Below are positions 32,366-40,596 of a stretch of DNA of 64,000 bases, piece after piece; the stretch's first letter is position 1, and each line of letters begins with the position of its first letter. The notes below the pieces were generated by a model that saw nothing but the letters and a program-made list of their open reading frames with translations, was not told where the DNA came from and searched no databases. The stretch comes from Deltaproteobacteria bacterium (GTDB lineage: Bacteria; Myxococcota; Kuafuiibacteriia; Kuafuiibacteriales; Kuafuiibacteriaceae): NCBI GenBank assembly GCA_040218735.1, contig JAVJQW010000018.1:275455-339454 (forward strand), in the 5' to 3' direction. Position numbers and translations under genes: made by a program.

Positions 32366-33015
32366 GGGTGGTGGCCTTCGTGTCCGGCTTCGACGTCGCG
32401 GGGCATGTCGATCTCGAGCGCCGCCCAGGTCTTCGCGCCCGCGTTGCCGCCGTGGCGCGGGTGACCGAGGTAGCCCTCCAGGCTCAGGCGCAGGAGTGTC
32501 TCGAGCGCGCCGCGCGGATCGAAGGTTCGTCGTTTGTCGCCGCCGGCACGGACGTCGTCGATGACGGCGCGGCGCGTGGCGTCGTCGAGCTCGTCGAAGC
32601 GGACGCCGCGGTGGCGCTGCGCGACGATGTCGATGTGGCGGGTGAGCTTGAGGAGGTCGTTGCGCACCGGGAGCATCCCGGGGAGCGCGCTGGCGCGGAC
32701 GAGGAACTCGACGACGCCCGCCTCGACGGCGCTGGGTAACCCGAGTGTTTCGTCGCCGGGGATCAGGATGCCGACCACCGTGCCGAGGATCTTCAGCGCC
32801 ACGGGATCGAACGGTGTGAACGCGAGCGGGCCGACAGGCGCGCGCTGCTCACCCTGGGGAGGCGCCGGGTGCGGGTCCACGTCGTACCCGCGTTCCCGCA
32901 GCCAGGCCCAGGTTCCGGCGCCGAGGGCGACCGTACCGACCCCGGCCACGACGAACGTACGACGCTTGATCGCCACCGCGTCGGCACACTGGGGACGATT
33001 CTGGACTGGGGTCAA
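32362..33015 (-). CDS. Gluconate 2-dehydrogenase subunit 3 family protein (Tat-exported partner)
   Basis: KRRTFVVAG Tat motif; LIPGD...AVEAGVVEF...LEGYLGHPRHGGN; overlaps the GMC start; start uncertain. Confidence 0.85.
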   Translation of the reverse strand: MTPVQNRPQCADAVAIKRRTFVVAGVGTVALGAGTWAWLRERGYDVDPHPAPPQGEQRAPVGPLAFTPFDPVALKILGTVVGILIPGDETLGLPSAVEAGVVEFLVRASALPGMLPVRNDLLKLTRHIDIVAQRHRGVRFDELDDATRRAVIDDVRAGGDKRRTFDPRGALETLLRLSLEGYLGHPRHGGNAGAKTWAALEIDMPRDVEAGHEGHHP

Positions 33016-33078
33016 GGGTGGGGGCCGGGGACCTCGCCTTGCGACCGTCTCGGGACGGGTGCTAGCTTTCGCAGGCCA

Positions 33079-33729
33079 ATGTGGGAGGTCTTCAACACCC
33101 TATCTCAGGGCGGGTTCATGATGTTCGTGAACCTGGGCGTCTCCATCGCCGCCGTCGCCATCGTCCTCATGCGGGTCTACTACCTCTGGTTCAAACACCG
33201 GATGTCCGCATCGGCGTTCGCCGACAACATCGTGGCGAATGTGGACCAAGGGAACTACGCCAACGCGATCCAGACGTGCGCGCAGCGGTCTTCACATCCG
33301 CTCGCGTCCATCACCAAGGACGTCCTGATGAAGGCGGATCGCTCCGACAAGGAGATCGAGCGCGCCTACGAGGCGGCCGCGGCGCGGGAGCTGCCGCGGT
33401 TCAAGCGCTTCACGGCGTTCCTCCCGCAGGCCGGTAACCTCGGGACGCTGATCGGACTGCTCGGTACGATTCACGGCCTCATCGAGGCGTTCGGTGGTGC
33501 GCAGGCGGAGGACGCCGCCGAGCGTCAGGCCGTCCTCGCGAAGGGCATCACCGTGGCGTTCTACAACACGTTCTTCGGTCTCGCGATCGCCGTGTTCTGC
33601 GCCATCACGTACATCATCGTCAACGGCCGTCAGTCCCTCCTCCTCGAGGCGATGGAGGTCGCGCTCAACCGCGTCCGCGATCGCATCATGGAGCGCAACA
33701 AGGCCATGCGCGCGGCGCGCGCGGGCTGA
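33079..33729 (+). CDS. MotA/TolQ/ExbB proton-channel protein (AglR-like)
   Basis: GGFMM N-terminal TM; GTLIGLLGTIHGLIEAF; GITVAFYNTFFGLAIA. Confidence 0.92.
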   Translation: MWEVFNTLSQGGFMMFVNLGVSIAAVAIVLMRVYYLWFKHRMSASAFADNIVANVDQGNYANAIQTCAQRSSHPLASITKDVLMKADRSDKEIERAYEAAAARELPRFKRFTAFLPQAGNLGTLIGLLGTIHGLIEAFGGAQAEDAAERQAVLAKGITVAFYNTFFGLAIAVFCAITYIIVNGRQSLLLEAMEVALNRVRDRIMERNKAMRAARAG

Positions 33730-33741
33730 GGGGACCTCTAG

Positions 33742-34257
33742 ATGGCCGGCGGTGGAGGCGATGCCGCAACCGACTTCGATCTCACGGCCCTCATGGACGT
33801 GTTGTCGAACATCATCTTCTTCCTGATGGCGTCGTTCGGGGCCGCGGTCGTCGCGGTGCTCCCCGCGAGTGTGCCGACGATCTCCGACTCCGGTGAAAAC
33901 GACGTCGCGCGCGACATGGACAAGGTGACCGTCACGATGACGATCGCCTCGAACGGGAAGGTCGAGATCTCCGCGGCCAACGCCGACATGCTCCCCGAAG
34001 AGCTGAAGCCCTACGCGGCGGTCATCCCGTCGAAGGAGGATCGGCTCGACGAGAAGCGCATCAACGATCACCTCTGGTCGATCAAAGAGAAGTTCCGCAA
34101 CTCGAAGAACATCATCCTCGTCCCGGACGACAAGGTGACCTACGAGATGCTCGTGGACGCGATGGACGCGTCGCGCGAGCGCCACATGGTCGTGGATGGC
34201 CAGTCCGTCTACCCGCAGATGTTCCCCGCCGTCGTGGTGTCGTCGTTGGTCAAATGA
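33742..34257 (+). CDS. ExbD/TolR family protein (1)
   Basis: DLTALMDVLSNIIFFLM TM with conserved Asp; IILVPDDKVTYEMLVDAMD. Confidence 0.9.
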   Translation: MAGGGGDAATDFDLTALMDVLSNIIFFLMASFGAAVVAVLPASVPTISDSGENDVARDMDKVTVTMTIASNGKVEISAANADMLPEELKPYAAVIPSKEDRLDEKRINDHLWSIKEKFRNSKNIILVPDDKVTYEMLVDAMDASRERHMVVDGQSVYPQMFPAVVVSSLVK

Positions 34258-34760
34258 GCTTCGGTCACCACAAGAAACACGGACCGTTCACCGATCCCGA
34301 GGGGGATGCGCCGCCGACGCGCATCAACCTGACGGCGCTGATGGACATCCTCTCGAACATCATCTTCTTCCTGATGGCGTCGTTCGGTGCGCAGACGCTG
34401 GAGCTGACGTCGGCGAGCAAGGTCTCGCTGCCGTCCTCGACCTCCGAGCTGTCGCTGAAGATGTCGCTGTCGGTTGCGGTCGGGATGGAGGAGCTGTTCG
34501 TCGAGGACGAGCCGATCGGTCGCCTGAAGGACGGCAAGCTCCTCGACCTCGACGAGAGCCGGTTCCACCCGCGCCTCGAAGACACGCTCCGGCGGGTCCG
34601 CGCGCAGCGGCTCGCGAAGAACGAACGCCCCAAGGAAGAGGACGAGGTCGTGCTCTTCATCGCCGACAAACGCCTCGAGTACTCGACGATCGATCGGGTC
34701 ATGAAGACCTGCGCACGCGCGGGCTTCACCAAGTTCCGCTTCGCCGTTGCCAAGAAGTGA
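34254..34760 (+). CDS. ExbD/TolR family protein (2)
   Basis: NLTALMDILSNIIFFLM TM; SLPSS; FIADKRLEYSTIDRVMKTCARAGF. Confidence 0.9.
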   Translation: MSFGHHKKHGPFTDPEGDAPPTRINLTALMDILSNIIFFLMASFGAQTLELTSASKVSLPSSTSELSLKMSLSVAVGMEELFVEDEPIGRLKDGKLLDLDESRFHPRLEDTLRRVRAQRLAKNERPKEEDEVVLFIADKRLEYSTIDRVMKTCARAGFTKFRFAVAKK

Positions 34761-36049
34761 AACGCGCGCTCCTGCTCCTCGGCGTGGTCCTGTTGGCCGT
34801 CGTCGCGTGGGCGCTGTGGCCCGGCGCGTCGACGTGTGACGAGCCGCCGCTCCCCTCGACGGCGGCGGAGCTGTTCGACCTCGACGTGCTGCGCGACCCG
34901 AGCACGCTCGGGTTCCAAGTGCTCGCCACGGATCGGCTGGAGGTCGGAGGGGAGCGCGTCGTCGTTCGCCGCGTGCGGTTCACGAGCTTCGACTGGATCG
35001 GCTGTCGGTTGGCACCGGTGGAGGTCGAGGGCTACCTCGCGCTCCCGTCGAGCGCGATGGGGACGCGGTCGGGGCGGCTGCCGGGGCTGGTCCGGATGCA
35101 CGGCCTCCGGCCGCTCGAGGAGAAGGCGAGCGCGGCGGCGTGGGCGGCCGAGGGCTTCGCGGCGCTCGCGAGCTTCACGCCGAACGCGGGGCCCGACGAC
35201 ACGTTCACCAGATCGCCGCGCGACGGGTTCTTCTTTTCGCACACCGTCGCCGCGATTCGCGGGTTGACGGTGCTCGCCGCGCAGCCCGAGGTCGACACGA
35301 CGAAGCTCGCGCTCCACGGGCTCTCGGCGGGGGGGATCGTCAACACGTTGGTCGGCGCGGTGGATGACCGGGTGAAGGCGACGACCGCGTGGTTCTCGGC
35401 CGGCCACGGGGCGTTGGGTGCAGCGGCGAAGCCGAACCCGGCGTGGACGGCGAGTGTGCTCGCGTCGATGACGCCGCCGCGCGACTTCGACGCGCCCGAG
35501 TGGTCGACGCACCTCGCGTGGTACGACCCGGCGCGCCACATCCGGGCCGGGCATCCGGCGACGCTGTTGATCGAAGGCGCGCAGGATCCGTTCTTCCCGC
35601 TCGACATGACCGTCGCGACGGTCCGCGACCTGGAGCGCGCAAACGTCCCTCACCGACTCGACGTGATCGACGGCTTCGGCCATCAGCCGCGCACCGACGT
35701 CGACGCCGAAGTGATCGTTGCGCAGATGCGATCGACGTCCGCGTGGTGGTTACGGCGGCGACTGTTCGCGCCGGAGCGTGTGTTGCCGTCGGTGACCGCG
35801 ACGATCGCCGACGGTCGTCTCGTCGTCGACGCGCCGGGCGCGACTTCGCTCGTGCTGTACGCGAGCGACGACGCCGCGAAGTCGTTTCGGGCGACGAAGG
35901 TCGAGGCGACGATGGCGGCGCCGACGGGGGTTTGGTTCGTCCGTGCGCGCTTCGAAGAGGGCGGGCGCGTGGTGTATCTCACGTCGGTGCCGGTGCTGCC
36001 GCCGGGCTTCTCGCCGTTCGTTCCCGAAGTGACCTCCCGCACGCCCTGA
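34757..36049 (+). CDS. Membrane-anchored/secreted alpha/beta hydrolase (acetylxylan-esterase-like)
   Basis: GTG overlaps upstream stop; N-terminal hydrophobic anchor; MHG oxyanion region, GLSAGG nucleophile, GAQDPFF, GFGH. Confidence 0.8.
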   Translation: MKRALLLLGVVLLAVVAWALWPGASTCDEPPLPSTAAELFDLDVLRDPSTLGFQVLATDRLEVGGERVVVRRVRFTSFDWIGCRLAPVEVEGYLALPSSAMGTRSGRLPGLVRMHGLRPLEEKASAAAWAAEGFAALASFTPNAGPDDTFTRSPRDGFFFSHTVAAIRGLTVLAAQPEVDTTKLALHGLSAGGIVNTLVGAVDDRVKATTAWFSAGHGALGAAAKPNPAWTASVLASMTPPRDFDAPEWSTHLAWYDPARHIRAGHPATLLIEGAQDPFFPLDMTVATVRDLERANVPHRLDVIDGFGHQPRTDVDAEVIVAQMRSTSAWWLRRRLFAPERVLPSVTATIADGRLVVDAPGATSLVLYASDDAAKSFRATKVEATMAAPTGVWFVRARFEEGGRVVYLTSVPVLPPGFSPFVPEVTSRTP

Positions 36050-36093
36050 AGGCCGAATTCGGGCTCGAATCGAGTCAAACGCGCGGTTTTCGG

Positions 36094-36102
36094 TGGTATC
36101 AT
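36094..36102 (+). promoter_or_regulatory. Extended -10 element (TGGTATCAT), possibly driving a leaderless mRNA for the arginase operon
   Basis: TGnTATCAT ends 7 nt before the GTG at 36110; no Shine-Dalgarno sequence visible. Confidence 0.5.
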
Positions 36103-36109
36103 TCTTTAC

Positions 36110-37336
36110 GTGCGGTTCGTCTACAACGGGACCTGCGAGATCGCTCCGGGCCCCGCTGACCGCTACCTCGTTCGCTCCGCGGAGCTCGGTCGCGAGCTGG
36201 AAGCAACGGGGTACCAAGTCGGGTTGCTGCGTGCGTTCGAGAACCCCGCGGCGATCGACGACGTGCTGAAGAAGTTCCCGTTCTCGCGTGAGGCTTCGTC
36301 GGCGTTCCTCACCGAGGCGGTGGACGCGGGCTTCCTCCTTTCGGTCGACGAAGAGGGCCGAACGCTCCTCCCGCAGACGCGGCGCGCGACGCCGACGATC
36401 TTCGGTGCGCCGCCGCACGACCCCACGAACCCCGCGGCGTTCACGGTGTTGGGGATCCCGTTCGACGGCAACACGACGGGCTTCGCGGGGGCGCGCTTCG
36501 GTCCGTCGGCGATCCGTGCGGCCGCGGAGACGTGTCGTTACACGCTGGACCCGCTGACGCTCGCGCCGATGGGGTTCGAGGATCTGGGGAGCGGTCGACG
36601 GCTGCTTCAGGGCGTGACACTCGCGGACGGCGGCGACGTCATGGTGACCGCCGGGGAGCCGGCGGACGACCTGTACGATCGCATCACGCGGGCAGTGCGC
36701 GATCTGCTGAAGGCCGGGACGATTCCGGTCGTCGTGGGCGGCGACCACTCGATCACCTATCCGGTGCTGCGTGCGTTCTCGGAGGACAGCCTCCGGATCA
36801 TCCACTTCGACGCGCACACGGATCTCGGCGACATCCCCACGACGGGCCTGCACCACGGCAACGTGTTTTCGTTCGTGCTCGATCGGATCGAGACGGTGGT
36901 GCACATCCACCAGATCGGCCTGCGCGGCATCATGGGCGCGGGCGCGGTGGAGGACATCGAGCGGACGGATCGCATCGGTGTGGATCGGATGCGCGCGTTG
37001 TTCGATCGGTTGCCGTCGATGATCCCGGACGACGGGCCTTGTTACCTGTCGATCGACATCGACGTAGTCGACCCGTCGTTTGCCCCGTCGACCGGTACGC
37101 CGGTCGCCGGCGGTTTGTTCCCGCACGAGCTGAAGACACTCGTGCACGCGATCTGTTCGACCCACGAGGTCGTCGGAATGGACCTCGTCGAGGTCGGTCA
37201 TGCGGATGCGCCGGACGATGGTACGGCGCACGTCGCGCTGGAGACGATCCTCACCGCGTGTGATGGGATCGTCCGTTCGATGCAGATGGCGCTCGAGGAT
37301 GAGCGTTCATCCAACCAGGAGGAGGAATCGAGATGA
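36110..37336 (+). CDS. Arginase/agmatinase-family ureohydrolase with ~85-aa N-terminal RRE/PqqD-like extension
   Basis: GIPFD, GARFGPSAIR, GGDHSIT, HFDAHTD, HGN, SIDIDVVDP, GTP, DLVE motifs intact; extension reads as three strands then three helices ending FLTEAVDAGFL. Confidence 0.9.
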   Translation: MRFVYNGTCEIAPGPADRYLVRSAELGRELEATGYQVGLLRAFENPAAIDDVLKKFPFSREASSAFLTEAVDAGFLLSVDEEGRTLLPQTRRATPTIFGAPPHDPTNPAAFTVLGIPFDGNTTGFAGARFGPSAIRAAAETCRYTLDPLTLAPMGFEDLGSGRRLLQGVTLADGGDVMVTAGEPADDLYDRITRAVRDLLKAGTIPVVVGGDHSITYPVLRAFSEDSLRIIHFDAHTDLGDIPTTGLHHGNVFSFVLDRIETVVHIHQIGLRGIMGAGAVEDIERTDRIGVDRMRALFDRLPSMIPDDGPCYLSIDIDVVDPSFAPSTGTPVAGGLFPHELKTLVHAICSTHEVVGMDLVEVGHADAPDDGTAHVALETILTACDGIVRSMQMALEDERSSNQEEESR

Positions 37337-37863
37337 GTGAAGACAACACGAACAACGCGCTGGGCATGCCGGTCGCGGTCGCGAAGCAGCAGCTGCGCGA
37401 CGATCCCCACACGCACGAGATCGCCAAGGGTCTCGGTGTCGATGTGGAGGAGTACATCGACCAGGTCATCTACTTCGCCCAGAACCCGAACGTGGACCCC
37501 GAGATGCACGTGCTCCCCGACGAGGAGCTCGCGGAAGCCGGCGCGAACGTCGCGACGGAGGGTGAGGTGCTCGGGTGGTTCAAGGGCGTCGCGTCGGGCG
37601 AGATCGACATCACCGAGCCGCACAAGAAGGAGCGCAAGACCGAGTACACGAAGCAGAAGCTCGACTCGGAAACGATGCGCGCCGCGGCCGGCTTCCACGT
37701 GGAGAAGGCCGCCCCGCAGCAGGCGGCGCCGCGGGGTGAGATTCGCGCGAGCGGTCGCGGCGGCGCGGCGCTGCGCGAGCAGCTGCTCCAGCAGCAGCGC
37801 AACACCCAGATGATGCGCGACCGTCGCTCCGGCCGACAGCCGGCGGCGAAGAAGGAAGCCTGA
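37333..37863 (+). CDS. Hypothetical protein, acidic N-terminal part and basic Arg/Gln-rich tail
   Basis: [11 protein letters not shown]; ATGA overlap with the arginase; coding-like codon usage. Confidence 0.85.
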   Translation: MSEDNTNNALGMPVAVAKQQLRDDPHTHEIAKGLGVDVEEYIDQVIYFAQNPNVDPEMHVLPDEELAEAGANVATEGEVLGWFKGVASGEIDITEPHKKERKTEYTKQKLDSETMRAAAGFHVEKAAPQQAAPRGEIRASGRGGAALREQLLQQQRNTQMMRDRRSGRQPAAKKEA

Positions 37864-37867
37864 GGAC

Positions 37868-38632
37868 GTGTTCGGGGTCGGCGACATCCCGGCCGAGGCG
37901 TTCTTCGCAGAGTATTGGCGGCAGCGCCCCGTCCTCGTGAAGGGGGCGGCGCGCTCGCTCGCCGACGTGTCCGTCGACGCTGCGGAGCTGCGGATCCTCT
38001 GCGACCGCCTCGAGCGCGCGCGCCCGGGGATCGTGCGGAGGCGAGGGCGTTCGTTGTTCGGGCAGTACCTGGACCTCGGCTCGCCCGAGCTCGCGCGGAT
38101 TTCGGACCGCTACAAGACCATCACTGCGTGCACACGGGTGTGGTTCGACGGCGTCATCGCGAGTGAGGGGGAGGGCCTCGGCGCTCACTACGATCACAGC
38201 GACAACTTCGTGATGCAGCAGGAGGGCGTGAAGCGCTGGCGCCTCGGACCTCCGGATCGCATCCCGCAAGATGACTTGCACCGAAGGATGCTCGACGACC
38301 CGGAGGCGGGCGGCTACGACATGCCAGCCGACGCGCAGGAGTTCATCCTGGAGCCCGGCGACGTCCTCTACATCCCGCTGTTCTGGGGGCACGACGGTGT
38401 GTCCGTCGACGGCCCGTCCACCTCGCTGTCGCTCGTGCTCAACGCCGACACGCCGCTGGACGTGTTGCTCCCGGCCATGCGGGACGCGCTGAAGGACGAC
38501 GAGGACTGGTGGCGCCCGCTGCCGGCGCGCATGGACGCCGCGATGGAGGCGCGCCTCGGTCGGCTCGCGGAGAGCCTCGGGCCGAACCGGGAGCAGCTCC
38601 TCAGGGCGTGGCGCGCTCGCCTGGGTGGGTAG
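37868..38632 (+). CDS. JmjC/cupin-4 2-oxoglutarate/Fe(II) oxygenase (YcfD/RoxA-like)
   Basis: FFAEYWRQRPVLVKG, GLGAHYD (HxD), QQEGVKRWRL, LEPGDVLYIPLFWGHDG (distal His). Confidence 0.9.
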   Translation: MFGVGDIPAEAFFAEYWRQRPVLVKGAARSLADVSVDAAELRILCDRLERARPGIVRRRGRSLFGQYLDLGSPELARISDRYKTITACTRVWFDGVIASEGEGLGAHYDHSDNFVMQQEGVKRWRLGPPDRIPQDDLHRRMLDDPEAGGYDMPADAQEFILEPGDVLYIPLFWGHDGVSVDGPSTSLSLVLNADTPLDVLLPAMRDALKDDEDWWRPLPARMDAAMEARLGRLAESLGPNREQLLRAWRARLGG

Positions 38633-38698
38633 ACGCGCCGGCTCGCACCACACGTTGAAGCCGAGCCCGTCGCCGGGCTCGACTCCACCGTGTACTGA

Positions 38699-39100
38699 CT
38701 ACTGGCGGAAGAACGACCGCGCGTGTTGCTGCGCGACGATGTTCAACAAGTTCTGCGCGCCGAGGGGGTTCTGCATCCCCGCCGACCCGGCGAACACGTT
38801 GACGAGCTGCGAGAGCCCCGCCGAGCCGCCGGCCATCTGCGCGAGCGCGCCGATACCTCCCAGCGGCCCCATGGCCAGCAGCGACAGCGGGTTGTTCAAG
38901 AACTGACCCGCGAACTGCTTGATGACGTTGCCGAAGGGCAACTTGTCGAGCACCGGACCGACGAATTCGAGCGCCTTGTTGGCGAGCGTAGACAGCGGTT
39001 TGGTGACGACACCGATCGCATCCTTTGCGAAGTTGGTGACGCGGCGAACGACCCGGCTGACCCGCCGGAACGCTCGGCCGATACGACGACCTAGACCCAT
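38699..39100 (-). CDS. Small protein with cationic amphipathic Arg-heptad N-terminus and Gly/Leu/Ala-rich hydrophobic body
   Basis: ATG with GGAGG upstream; MGLG-RRIGRAF-RRVSRVV-RRVTNFA; fills the gap between the JmjC and P450 genes. Confidence 0.8.
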   Translation of the reverse strand: MGLGRRIGRAFRRVSRVVRRVTNFAKDAIGVVTKPLSTLANKALEFVGPVLDKLPFGNVIKQFAGQFLNNPLSLLAMGPLGGIGALAQMAGGSAGLSQLVNVFAGSAGMQNPLGAQNLLNIVAQQHARSFFRQ

Positions 39101-39230
39101 ATCCTAATGAACCTCCAGTCCGTGTATCGGCTGACAACCACTGAACGGTGCGTCTAAAAAGAGCCTAAAGTCCCTGAATTAGTGGGATTTCAGGGTTGGA
39201 TGTCGTACATGTGTGACTGACGGGGAGGCG

Positions 39231-40595
39231 ATGATGAGCGAGACGATTCCGACGTTTCCGGGGGTGCCGGTGCTCGGCGCGCTCCCCGCGGTGCGTCGCG
39301 ACATGCTGCGTACGTTCGTGCGTGCGGCGAAGCTCGGCGACGTCGTGCACCTGCCGTTCCCCGGACGCCAGGGGTACCTCATCGTGCACCCCGATCTGAT
39401 CAAACACGTCCTCGTCGACAATCATAAGAACTACGGCAAGGGCACGCGCGGCTACCGGATGCTTCGGCTCGCGTTGGGCGAGGGCCTCGTCACGAGTGAG
39501 GGGGAGTTCTGGCGGAGGCAGCGTCGCATCGCGCAGCCCGCGTTTCATCACCAGCGCATCGCGGCGTTCGCGGAGACGATGGTGACGTCGACGGAGCGGA
39601 TGCTCGACCAGTGGGCGCAGCACGATTCGACGAAGGTGATCGACATCGACGCCGAGATGATGCGCGTGACGTTGGAGATCGTCGGGCTCTGTCTGATGAG
39701 CACGGATCTCGCGGACGAGTCCGGCGTGGTGGGGGGCGCGATCACCGAGGTCCTCGAGGGGACGGTGAAGCGTGTGCAGAACCCGCTGACGCTCCCGCTC
39801 GAGGTACCCACGCCAGGGAACCGTCGCTTCGTCCGTGCGCTGAGTCGGTTGGACGAGGTGGTCTACGGGATCATTCGTGAGCGCCAGGGGATGCAGTCGC
39901 CGCCTCAGGATCTCCTCACGATGTTCATGGAGGCGGTCGACGAGGAGACCGGCGAGCGCATGAACGAAAAACACCTGCGCGATGAGGTGCTCACGATGGT
40001 GTCCGCGGGGCACGAGACCACCGCGAATGCGCTGACGTGGACGTTCTACCTGCTGTCGCAGCACGCCGAGGAGGCGGAGAAGCTGCGCGCCGAGCTCGCC
40101 GCCGTGCTCGGCGGCCGCTCGCCGACGCTCGAAGATCTCCCGAACCTCCCGTACACCGACGCGGTCGTGAAGGAGTCGATGCGGCTCCTCCCGCCGGTCT
40201 GGATGATCGCGCGCTCGGTGATCGACGACGACGTCATCGGCGGCCACACGATCCCGGCCGGCTCGATGGTCTTCCTCAACACCTACGTCACCCACCGCGA
40301 CCCGCGCTTCTTCGAGGCCCCGGAGCGCTTCATGCCGGAGCGCTTCGCGCGCGGCGATGTCGACCGCCAGCCGAAGTACGCCTACTTCCCCTTCGCGGGC
40401 GGTCCGCGGGTGTGCATCGGCAACAGCTTCGCGGCGATGGAGGCGAAGCTCCTGCTCGCGACGATCGCCCAACGCTACGCACCGCGCCTCGCGCCGGGCC
40501 ACGACGTCACGCCGATCCCCACGGTGACGCTGCGTCCCAAGTACGGGATGCGGATGTTCCTGGAGCGCGTGGACCGGTCGAAGGCCGCGGCCTGA
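39231..40595 (+). CDS. Cytochrome P450
   Basis: RBS GGGGAGG; AGHETT I-helix, KESMR (ExxR), PERF, FPFAGGPRVCIG heme-Cys. Confidence 0.96.
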   Translation: MMSETIPTFPGVPVLGALPAVRRDMLRTFVRAAKLGDVVHLPFPGRQGYLIVHPDLIKHVLVDNHKNYGKGTRGYRMLRLALGEGLVTSEGEFWRRQRRIAQPAFHHQRIAAFAETMVTSTERMLDQWAQHDSTKVIDIDAEMMRVTLEIVGLCLMSTDLADESGVVGGAITEVLEGTVKRVQNPLTLPLEVPTPGNRRFVRALSRLDEVVYGIIRERQGMQSPPQDLLTMFMEAVDEETGERMNEKHLRDEVLTMVSAGHETTANALTWTFYLLSQHAEEAEKLRAELAAVLGGRSPTLEDLPNLPYTDAVVKESMRLLPPVWMIARSVIDDDVIGGHTIPAGSMVFLNTYVTHRDPRFFEAPERFMPERFARGDVDRQPKYAYFPFAGGPRVCIGNSFAAMEAKLLLATIAQRYAPRLAPGHDVTPIPTVTLRPKYGMRMFLERVDRSKAAA

Positions 40596-40596
40596 C

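Noticed and set aside
36110-37336. Arginase-family gene as HutG or plain SpeB, given hutF and mtnA nearby
   Set aside because: The HutF route does not need a ureohydrolase-type HutG, the genes are not adjacent, and the N-terminal extension and operon partners argue otherwise. Not fully excluded.
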